Shown: positions 1 to 9,700 of the stretch, piece after piece
How positions within the stretch are numbered: position 1 is the stretch's first letter
Layout of the letters: each line of letters begins with the position of its first letter
Source: a virus
Virus record (IMG/VR): IMGVR_UViG_3300025151_000018
Span: 36,889-100,888 of that record
Reading direction: 5' to 3' (one strand)
Length of the DNA: 64,000 nucleotides
Program-made: the position numbers and the translations under genes
Notes under the pieces: generated by a model
What the model was told of the DNA's origin: nothing
Database searches by the model: none
The model's input: only the letters and a program-made list of their open reading frames with translations

Positions 1-3000
1 CCATAGCAAACGGTCTTGTAATCTCTGCGTGATTTGCTTCACTTTGCGATACTTCTTCGCCACCGCCCGGATGTGTTGATTGAGAATACCTTGCATCTGT
101 ATCAGCGTGTATTATTCCTTGCCCGTCAGTCCGTGAAGCATCGGATTTGAAATGTTGTAGCATATTCGCTGATGGTATTAGATGCCAAACCACATCACGG
201 TTGTTTGCATCAGGCCAATCAATTCTAACACCGCCCGAATTTAGGCTACTTATTGGAATCATAGGCGAAGTGCGTTCCTCATTCAACTCAAATATACCAT
301 ATCTGTTATCCCTATGGAAATGCCCTGCATTGCCAACCTTAGCATTCGGGCCTAACAACCAGCCATCTGGGTGCTGGATCGAATTGCTCTGCCCTCCTGA
401 AAATGCAGTTATCTTTAACGGTCTAACCGCCCTAACAACATAGTCCACATATTTTCTAACATTTTGACCTGCCTCTGATGACAAAGGATCGAATGAATGA
501 TGTTGGCTCAAGGCTTGTGAATCATAATCATCACGGTTAAGATATGTTTTACGGAGAATAAATACACCACCCCACGCTGGTAAATCACCGCTACCACGAA
601 CCGCCCATGTATCTATCATGGTATAATCTGGATTGTTTAGCATCTTTGACACTTCTCCACCAGCCAAAGCCCCATGACTTGAAGTTGTATGTAAATTGAA
701 AATTGGTTTGTGAACAGGTTGATTTATCAAATTCCGCCCATAGGGTTGGTCGCTAATTGATGTGCCATACACATCTGTTGCAGTTGTCGCTACTGCATCA
801 TACGGTTTTCTTGATTCATTGAATTTGGTTTTCCTGTATTTGCTGACATAAGACGGGAGAACGGGGAATTGCTGACCTACAATCAAATCTGTATGTAAAG
901 AAGCAGCCTTTGTGCTTGTAATGATATACTCTTTCTCTTGCCCTGTCCTTTTCATTGAATGGGGTTCTGTTATTAGCCCCAATCTTGGCGACATATCCGA
1001 TTGCACTTGTCTATGATCAGCAATTTCTGATAATGGTATAGGGAATACCCCTCTAACTGTTGCCGATGTAGTATCTTTCATATCAATTTCTCGCCCCCAA
1101 CCATGAGATGGGAAATGGTGTTGCCTGTCATCATGTATGAAATCTGTATTTGTTGATGAGGGTAGTGTAGTGCCTGTGAAAACATCAACAGGGTGTGCGT
1201 TTAGGTGCAGGTTATTCCCTTTCTGGTGAATGAAGTTAGTCGCTGGACTCGCTGAAAACTGTGTAGTTTGTGTCAAAGCATCAACAGAATCCTTTGCTTT
1301 CACCGCATCACCTGTATGGTGATTCAAATCAACAATTGGGTCAGAACCTTTGTTCAATGTCTTAGCAGTAAGCAAAGGTGCGTTTGTTTCCGTTGGCGAA
1401 ATGCTTGTGAAATCGGTCTTAACAGACTCCACTACCCCTGCTGGCATAGCCTTATGACTAACCAGACCTATACTCTCATCTTGTAATACTCTCCCCATTC
1501 CTACTTCCTTTTCACCTTTAGCCCAAGGTTCATTAGAGAGTCTTAGGTAATCCTCACCTGCTGAATGGCTTGTCAATACCATACCAACAGGGGTAGTCCT
1601 TTCAACACCCGCATAACCTCTCGGCCATAGCCAATCAGCACCATCGTCAATTGTCGGTAGTTTTTGCATGGTATCATGCACACCACCATCAAAGCGAGCA
1701 GATCTGGTGATAGCCTGTTGTGCGGTGTTGCTTGCTGCTGATTGTGCAGGGTCGCCAGCGAGCATATTCAAAGCATCACTTGCCCCTCTCATACCCCATG
1801 CTCTAACAGGTAGCCTACGGCTGAAATCTATTGCCGACATTGGTGATGTAATAGTATAAATCATGTCATAAATTCGGTTAGAAGCATTCTGGTGCAACAC
1901 AACTTCTTCATAACCTACTGTTGGTGTCAAACCATCTCCTATTCCCTCTCCCCTTGATAGCCTCTCAATAGGTATTCCTAACAACGGTATTTGATATTTA
2001 CTTGGTAGCCTTAGTGTTCCGTGTGCCTCTCTAACAGTAGTATGCCCCATCAATACAGAACCTGCTGCTCTTAGGCCATGTGTTGTGCCATGACCCCCTG
2101 CGTTTAGCCCATTGTAGCCATACTGTTGAAGCCATTGGAATACATACATTCTTTCAAATGGTAATGACTTTTCATCTCCATCACTATATCCAATTGTTGT
2201 GTGTGATACCTTTGCATTTCTCAACAACAAGTCCTTAGTAGCGGGGTAATTTGTTGCACCCGGCATACCTGACGCTCGGTATCTCATAGTCATGTATTGC
2301 TCACGGCTCGTGCCGAGTAATGCAGGGTGTGAATACTCGGCTAACCATGTGCAAAGGAAAGCGTCAGGCATTGCGTTTGAGTTGGTATCTTCTGCCTTTG
2401 CTAAAGCCAAATCTTTGTTTGGCATTAGTAATGGACTACCCTCAAAGTCGGAGGCTGCTGATAACGCACCACCATGAATTGGTTTAGGCGCACTTGCCTT
2501 GTTGGTTAATTGAGGATCGTGCGATAGTAATGGTGGTGTTGTTGCCAATTCTGTCGCAACTCTGGGTTGAGTCCAACCCTGTGGCATACCCTTTGTTGCT
2601 AAATATGTATGAGCAGCAGTAATTGTTCCTAAATACTGTGTCGGATATGGCCGACCACCCATTAGTTTGTATTGACCTATGAAGAAACCGTTTATTGCAA
2701 ATTCTTCACCTGCGTTATATGCCCCATTGACGATTTTGTTGCTCGCCAAATCAAATGCAACAGGCGCACCATGACCTGAAAGCGGTGTTGAATATGTTGC
2801 AACATCATCCATGCCGAGTAAAGATGGTTTGTATGTTGTTGCGTCAGCATCAACAAAGTGCGATTGTTCATAACTGCCAAATGGCATAGTATGCTCTTGA
2901 CCCGGTGCAAATAGTATTTCTGGCTCTTGTCTTGGTCTGCCTGAATAAAATTCATGGTGGAAAGCGTTTGAACCATAGGCTACTTCTTCACAAGGGAATC

Positions 3001-6000
3001 CGTCAGCCGAGAATGAGCCTGTTGAATGGTTGTAAGCATTCAATTTTGTTTCAAGTGTATCAAGATAATATCTGGTTGTAGTTTGAGATGGCTCAAGGTT
3101 TTGGAAACCCCAATGCTTATGCTCTGTTTCAGCCTCAAACATGAGGGAATACGCTGACCCATGTGAACGGTGTAATTGTCGCCTCAAGGACTTCGGTGTT
3201 CCTCTCATAGTCATGGGAGATACAAATGAATGCCCCTGCCTACCAAATCTAATCCTATGATGTGGTATTATGGTGGCTGATGGCATACCGTTTGTAGTTT
3301 CAGTAAGCACAGAACCCCGTTCAACATGATCAGACAGACGGTGCGCTGCGAACAGTCTGGTTGTTCCGCTTGGCACAGAACCTACTGTGTTATTCAAGTC
3401 CAAACCAAACTGTGATTCTAATGTGTCATGCAAAATACGCACAGGATGGAAATGTAATACTCTGTCATGTGTGTCAAATTGCGTGGCTTCACCCGGATTA
3501 CTATCTAATGTGGTGTCAAGGTTCTGTTCAACTATTCCGTTCTTTTGCATATTCGGTGCAGTTAAGCCACCCATACCCCATGTTGTATTTCTAAACGCTT
3601 GCACCCGATCATGACCGCTTCGCACCAAAATGTTGCCCGGTATTTCATCGGCACTTGGTAATGAAATGCGGAGATTTGGGGATAAACCGCTACCAGCATA
3701 AGATGGCTCGGTAGTTTCTAATCCTGTTTCGGGATCTAAACGATTTGAAGGCATCGTGTAATCTTTAATTACTGTGCCAAACGGAGAACCCCCCTCTAAA
3801 ATCAAGGCGTTGCCGTTGTCATCAACGACTTCTAAATTATCCCAAACCCTTTCTTCATTGCTTATTGTTAGACCAGATACCCTCTCTGTGTTGTAATTTC
3901 TAACCGTTCTATATCCTCTTGCCATTGTGGTTATATCAGTTGCTGAACCTGCGGTTGCATACTGTGCGATTGCGTTATTCAAATCGGTTGTGCCATTATC
4001 TATCTCTGTGATTTGTGCCAAATGACTGATAGGTGCGCCACCATGTGCAATTTCATAGATTTCATTTGGCTGATATTCAGCGAACCTTGTGGTCGCTCGC
4101 ATACCATTTTCAAACGCTATATCCCATTTGTTTTCTGATGGTGCATAGAATAACTCATCACCGTTGTTTAATTGAACGGCATTGTTAGCCGTCAAGGTGA
4201 TAGTTGTAGCCGATCTTGCTAACTTTTCAGCAGCAGGGATAGTTGTTCCAGCAAAACTAATGAATTGAAATCCATCATCAAACATTTTCCCGTAGCCGTA
4301 GTATGTTCCATCAGAACCATACAAATTAAGCCCAAACCATTGGGTATATGGGCTTGCGTATGCGAATAACTCTTGCGCTGCGGTGGCTTTTGTCGCCATA
4401 GCCTCAAAACCATGTATGCTTATGGATTTAGCAAAGGTGTTGTCAGGCGTTCCCGTTCCATCAGCAAAGACCTGTGCGGATTCGGGGTCATTCACCCGAA
4501 CATTGTGTGGTGCGGGAGAGTTTGCATCAACAAAGGTTAATTTTTGCCCTGCGTCAAAGTCGGCTTGGGTGTAATCAGAATAATTTGATGTTGAGCCATT
4601 GAAAAGACCACTTCCGGGTCTTGAAGAATCGCTTTCCCTTCGGACAAATAGCGCAACCTCTCCACCATCAATAGATTGTCCTGTATTCCCTGCAAACGCA
4701 TTACCGGGTGTATCAAATCTAATTGCTTTGGGAGATAATGTCTTTGCAGCCATTACAAAAGGCGTTGTGGGTATTGTTGGCGCACCACCACTAATATCAA
4801 CCTTAATTGTATTAGCCTCGTTATCAATTTCTGAAATGAATTTGCCCGTTCCTACTCCTATTCCACCGCTAAAATACGCCAATTCATCTCCAACGACTAA
4901 GAATCTTGAGGGTGCGTCATCTAATGTTAATACACCGTCTGTGAAGAAGGTCGCATCATTTGTGCAATTAAGGGCAACACCCGGATGTGAAGTGCTTGTA
5001 AATGCGTTTGCATCAGTAAAGTCTGGTCTAAGACATTTGACATAAGGTGTTGATGCAACTGTGCCTATTTCCGTATCACCATCAGTTTGATAGTATATCT
5101 TATCTCCAAGCACGAGTTTTTGTGATGGGTCGCCACTTGTAATCTCAAGGAAACCTGCACCATATTGAACGGCTGACCCGTTCCTTGTGTATGTTAGTCC
5201 ACACGACCTCAATCTCGGTCCGTTTGCCAATATACTGAAATTGTTAGCCGAAGGATTATGCGCTGCGCCATTGGGTGTTAGTTGTTGTAATGTTTGAAAT
5301 GAAGATACCGTTCCAACTTCTTGTTTGTTGCTATTGTATATTTTGCTACCTACTTCAAAATTCAAACCAAAGTCTGTATCTGGTGTCAAAACCTTAACAG
5401 TAGTAGTAGTGCCAGCACCTTCATTACCACCCGTAAATACATTAGAACCAGATTGTGATGCACCTTGATCAGAAGTGATAAAGCACCCAGATTCGTATGG
5501 CCCCATTCCATCTAATTCTGTTCCATGTTCAACACTTTCAACAGGCATGAGTTTTGTTGCGTCTGTATATCTGTTTGACTTTTCAGGGGCTACATTACTC
5601 ATTACGCTCGGTCCATCAAACACCATATCGGGCGGTGGCATTGGTTGTATTAAGCAAGAGTTTAGTCCTTCAATAGAAAAACGAGAAAAGCCACGATTTT
5701 TAGAAAAACTACTACCTGTTGTAGCATCTTTCTTTGGCTTGCCCCCTCGTGATTCGTGATTAAGCGCAGGTAATCCCATGTTGCCACCATCCATAGGCTT
5801 TGCAGTTAGATACCATGTCGGCAAGTCCACACCAAGACCTTGAATGATAGGGCCACCATTTGCTGACCCCCAATAACCACCGTTAGAAGGAACATCACCC
5901 TCCCATGATACAACTACTGTGTGTTGTTCTTCTGTTTCGTTTTGAATAGTGATGATTTCATTTACCGCAATATCTCCACTACTTGCACTATCCGCAGTAA

Positions 6001-6745
6001 TGGTGAAGTCCACAAAATATGTAGCAGATCCTAAGATGTTTTCTCCGACAACCTTGTAGCCATCGTATTCTAACACCCTTACCACAGAGCCATTGTCGTA
6101 ATGCAATATACCTTTCTTTGGTATATCAGTTGGGTGATGGTGCAAACAATGACCGCCTGTTGTATTACCAGAATGCGGTGCGCTGAAATCGCTCGCCATC
6201 ATCAACCTAACAAAAGGGTGTCCTGTCAATGGATAAGTCCAATCACCGACTCCCGCATTGAGAACAGAATACACTTTACCTTGATAGGTCTTAGCCCCAG
6301 ACATTTTCACATACCTTGCTTTGAGATACCTGTTTCTCCCATGTAGCCCGATTTGGTGATCTCGGCTTGAGTTAATTGCTGATGCAATCATTCTTGTCGC
6401 TTCTTCTGTGCCTAAATCGTATGTCAAGATAGGCAAAGTCGGAACGGTAATCCTTGATTGAATGTTAGCCTGTGCTGCCCTTTTCAAATCCACGACTACA
6501 AAGTTAGTGCCATCGGCAGGTGTAATAGATGTAGCATCACCTGCCTGTGGTGTTCTAATTAGCAGGTGAAAACCTTGCTGGCCTCCACCAGCAGCCCATG
6601 TGCTATCAACCGCATCTTCATAGGCGGTGTCTGGATAGGTAAAGTGCATACTAAAATAGCCACTTTTTGGCTTGCCCTGATCTGTGCCGAGAGCGACATT
6701 AGCCGAAGCAAATCTTTGTTGAGGGAAAACTGTCTTACTAACCAT
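1..6745 (-). CDS. giant tail/receptor-binding structural protein, >2200 aa, truncated at window start
   Basis: ATG at 6745 directly follows the TGA of the 1971-aa gene (TGAATG). Translation begins MVSKTVFPQQRFASANV. Spot checks in this frame are open down to position 2, and the ORF track lists no terminated ORF in it. G/T/S/P-rich beta-type composition; distal tail position. Confidence 0.8.
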   Translation of the reverse strand, partial: MVSKTVFPQQRFASANVALGTDQGKPKSGYFSMHFTYPDTAYEDAVDSTWAAGGGQQGFHLLIRTPQAGDATSITPADGTNFVVVDLKRAAQANIQSRITVPTLPILTYDLGTEEATRMIASAINSSRDHQIGLHGRNRYLKARYVKMSGAKTYQGKVYSVLNAGVGDWTYPLTGHPFVRLMMASDFSAPHSGNTTGGHCLHHHPTDIPKKGILHYDNGSVVRVLEYDGYKVVGENILGSATYFVDFTITADSASSGDIAVNEIITIQNETEEQHTVVVSWEGDVPSNGGYWGSANGGPIIQGLGVDLPTWYLTAKPMDGGNMGLPALNHESRGGKPKKDATTGSSFSKNRGFSRFSIEGLNSCLIQPMPPPDMVFDGPSVMSNVAPEKSNRYTDATKLMPVESVEHGTELDGMGPYESGCFITSDQGASQSGSNVFTGGNEGAGTTTTVKVLTPDTDFGLNFEVGSKIYNSNKQEVGTVSSFQTLQQLTPNGAAHNPSANNFSILANGPRLRSCGLTYTRNGSAVQYGAGFLEITSGDPSQKLVLGDKIYYQTDGDTEIGTVASTPYVKCLRPDFTDANAFTSTSHPGVALNCTNDATFFTDGVLTLDDAPSRFLVVGDELAYFSGGIGVGTGKFISEIDNEANTIKVDISGGAPTIPTTPFVMAAKTLSPKAIRFDTPGNAFAGNTGQSIDGGEVALFVRRESDSSRPGSGLFNGSTSNYSDYTQADFDAGQKLTFVDANSPAPHNVRVNDPESAQVFADGTGTPDNTFAKSISIHGFEAMATKATAAQELFAYASPYTQWFGLNLYGSDGTYYGYGKMFDDGFQFISFAGTTIPAAEKLARSATTITLTANNAVQLNNGDELFYAPSENKWDIAFENGMRATTRFAEYQPNEIYEIAHGGAPISHLAQITEIDNGTTDLNNAIAQYATAGSATDITTMARGYRTVRNYNTERVSGLTISNEERVWDNLEVVDDNGNALILEGGSPFGTVIKDYTMPSNRLDPETGLETTEPSYAGSGLSPNLRISLPSADEIPGNILVRSGHDRVQAFRNTTWGMGGLTAPNMQKNGIVEQNLDTTLDSNPGEATQFDTHDRVLHFHPVRILHDTLESQFGLDLNNTVGSVPSGTTRLFAAHRLSDHVERGSVLTETTNGMPSATIIPHHRIRFGRQGHSFVSPMTMRGTPKSLRRQLHRSHGSAYSLMFEAETEHKHWGFQNLEPSQTTTRYYLDTLETKLNAYNHSTGSFSADGFPCEEVAYGSNAFHHEFYSGRPRQEPEILFAPGQEHTMPFGSYEQSHFVDADATTYKPSLLGMDDVATYSTPLSGHGAPVAFDLASNKIVNGAYNAGEEFAINGFFIGQYKLMGGRPYPTQYLGTITAAHTYLATKGMPQGWTQPRVATELATTPPLLSHDPQLTNKASAPKPIHGGALSAASDFEGSPLLMPNKDLALAKAEDTNSNAMPDAFLCTWLAEYSHPALLGTSREQYMTMRYRASGMPGATNYPATKDLLLRNAKVSHTTIGYSDGDEKSLPFERMYVFQWLQQYGYNGLNAGGHGTTHGLRAAGSVLMGHTTVREAHGTLRLPSKYQIPLLGIPIERLSRGEGIGDGLTPTVGYEEVVLHQNASNRIYDMIYTITSPMSAIDFSRRLPVRAWGMRGASDALNMLAGDPAQSAASNTAQQAITRSARFDGGVHDTMQKLPTIDDGADWLWPRGYAGVERTTPVGMVLTSHSAGEDYLRLSNEPWAKGEKEVGMGRVLQDESIGLVSHKAMPAGVVESVKTDFTSISPTETNAPLLTAKTLNKGSDPIVDLNHHTGDAVKAKDSVDALTQTTQFSASPATNFIHQKGNNLHLNAHPVDVFTGTTLPSSTNTDFIHDDRQHHFPSHGWGREIDMKDTTSATVRGVFPIPLSEIADHRQVQSDMSPRLGLITEPHSMKRTGQEKEYIITSTKAASLHTDLIVGQQFPVLPSYVSKYRKTKFNESRKPYDAVATTATDVYGTSISDQPYGRNLINQPVHKPIFNLHTTSSHGALAGGEVSKMLNNPDYTMIDTWAVRGSGDLPAWGGVFILRKTYLNRDDYDSQALSQHHSFDPLSSEAGQNVRKYVDYVVRAVRPLKITAFSGGQSNSIQHPDGWLLGPNAKVGNAGHFHRDNRYGIFELNEERTSPMIPISSLNSGGVRIDWPDANNRDVVWHLIPSANMLQHFKSDASRTDGQGIIHADTDARYSQSTHPGGGEEVSQSEANHAEITRPFAM

Positions 6746-9700
6746 TCAAACCCCCCAATTTTTCTGTCCTATTGTCATGGCTTCTTCAACCGATAGAGCC
6801 TTCACCCATAATCCTAACTCTGCTAACTGCCCCTTGAAATAGGTTCTTGCACGAGATGTTAATGAACCAGCCGTCTGTGAACCACCTTGACTGTTTAGAT
6901 TGTTGTTGCCGTATTGTAATTGTGCAACAGTCCAAAAACCTCCCTGTATTGTAGTGTTATCCGCCAATTCTTTGATTGAACCCCATAGGCCACTTGGTGA
7001 TATTACCATTGGCACACCATGCAGGGCAGCACCGATTACAATTTGCCCTTGATACCTACCATAATATGTGCTTCCACTTGCTAACGGATTTGCATTCGTT
7101 CCTGTTCCAAGACCTTTAGCGAGTCTTGGCATTCCTACTTGACCCCCCAAATATGTTGCATCATTGTTAAGTGGGTATGTGTTAAACGATCCACCGTATA
7201 GATAATCACCTGCGGTTTCTGTGTTTGGCATAGGCACACCATTGTCATAGATAATAGGTGTTCCATCAAGTGGTTTAACCACAGTAATTTGCCTCCAAGC
7301 ATCTTTTACTGCCACACCATTCGCCCATGTCGCATGATATTCTCCTGACGCAGCACTATTCTTATGATGGACTACAATTCTATAATCAAATTGTGCATTA
7401 GCATCACCAACTGCCGTCATACCATATTGCCTTGATAAAATTGACACACCCCAAGGTGCGCCATTGTTGTCAATACCATGCAATACAGGCCCGTTTCCAT
7501 ATCCCGATAGTTGCCATGTGGTATCGGTTGCGTTTGATGGTTTGAAACAGAAGGTGATACTCCAAGGCCCTTGAGCAAGAATATCCCCTGCTCTTGGGGG
7601 TATAGTCGGAACAGGGTATGACATGGCAGAGGACTTTGTTGGTATTTTTGATAGCGATATTGCCTTATGACCCGAACCGCCCATATCCCAATGAATACCT
7701 CTTGCTGATATGTCGCCTTCTGGCTCTGTTCCAGAGCCTTTGTATAGTGGCTTACCAACTGCCGATGCCTCATTATCCCCTAATAGTATAGAAAAACCTA
7801 ATGTGCCATTATTGAGCAAATCATTTGTAAAATCACCAATCATACCCAATTGCAATCCATATTTGTTTTCAACAGGGCGCATCACAGGTAAAGAACCGGG
7901 TGGATCATCTCCATAATCAGGCCCACCGTTGCCATCGGGGTCGCCAATGTATGGCAATCCATCATTGTTGAAACGGACATAGGCAATACAATCATCATCT
8001 TTGTAGTGCATTCCCGCATAGGAGTTTGCCTTCGCAGTATCTTGATTGTTTAATTTTGTGAAGTCTAAAACTGCTGCTGATTTTTGTATTTCCTCAACAT
8101 TTTGCAACCCGCTATATCCTGTTGGCCCTTTAGAATAATGGTGTGTATAGAAGTCAGAATAATCATTGTCTGTTCCATCACTAACATCAAATGTGATACC
8201 TGTATGTCCTCCACCAAAGAATAAGATGCCATGAGCGTCAATCATTGGCGATAGTAGTTGGATTTCAACACGCTGATACCTACCATCTTTGTCATAAAAC
8301 AAATCCTTGAATTTTTCTTTGAGTTTTGAGTCATAAGGCTGAACATCCTCTAACGCAGCACAAGCACCCGGTCCAGATACTTTGCAAAATGGTGCGCTAA
8401 ATGTGCTTACGCCACCAAAAGTTGCAAGGTGCTTGCCATCAACAAGAATTAGTCCACGCCTATCAAATTGGTTAATGTGGTTCGCTCGGTTCAGCATTTC
8501 TAAAATATCCCTATCCACCCAAAGCGTAGCCTGTGTATCAGGATCGTAGTCTGGTAGTAATTCAGCCGATGCAGTTGGATTTATTGCATTGTATCTTGGG
8601 TTCTTTACTGTAAAGAATGTCAATTCTTGCCCTATTCCCTCATACAACCGTAGTTTGTTGTCTTGCGTTTCAACAGAACCAACAACCGCACCTGTAAATG
8701 TGGTAATAGGAACATGAGTTTCACCGTCAGCACCTATTGGTAGTGGTGCAGGGAATGAATTGATTTGATAGGAACGGCTATTTGTAGTCAGCAGCCCACC
8801 GCTACCAATTGCCTGTTGCGGTCTATACCCATAGGGGCTATTGTTGTTGAACCATATAGCGAAGTTTCGTGATGAAGCACCGGGTATTGTGCTATGAATA
8901 ACGATAGTCATTCCCGATTCACCATCTCTGCTTTCCACTTCTTTACCCTCAAATGCTCTAACATAGCCCATGTGTGAACCTGTATCTGTGCTTGATGTAG
9001 CATAGAAATCATCATTTGGCATGGCACTATACGATTGAGCAAATAGTGCAGGTGGATTGAAAGCACTACCTCCATTTGTGTTAGTAGCATTAGGGTGCGC
9101 TGCTTGATTGATTAGCCTAATGACTTCATTTATGCCTTGATTGAAATCATCAACATTTGTTGCTACTTCACCAAAGTTAATGTGCATTTTTTGCACATGG
9201 TCTAAAGTTAGGTTATCGTTCTTCTTGCCCTTTAGACCAAGATAACTCGGTATCAATTCAATGGGCGGTCTTAATGGCATATCGTCAGCACCGTAGTAGT
9301 AGTGCATAGGGTCTAACTGCATACCCTCCATGCTCGGCCCATCTTTGATTAGTATTGTATTAGAGTCTTTAGGATCGAGCATGACTCTGGCTTTGCCATC
9401 GTTGCCAAGCCTCATGCCAAATAACATCTCAACACTTCTCCCAATTTTCTTCACCAAAGACAGAGCATCGGTTGTGCCAACATCAAATCTCAAATCATCT
9501 AAATTCCATGCCGTTTGCGCCCCTGTTTGAAATGAAGCACCTGTCAGCCACCCGCCCATGACAACAGGCAATCCACTTGAAATGAAATGACCGACAAAGT
9601 TTGATTGCGTTGGATCGGCTGATGATGTATTGTCTAATGGATTGTGAAATGCACCATAATAGAGTCTGTGTGAATTACCAACAATAGCAACCTTGTGTAT

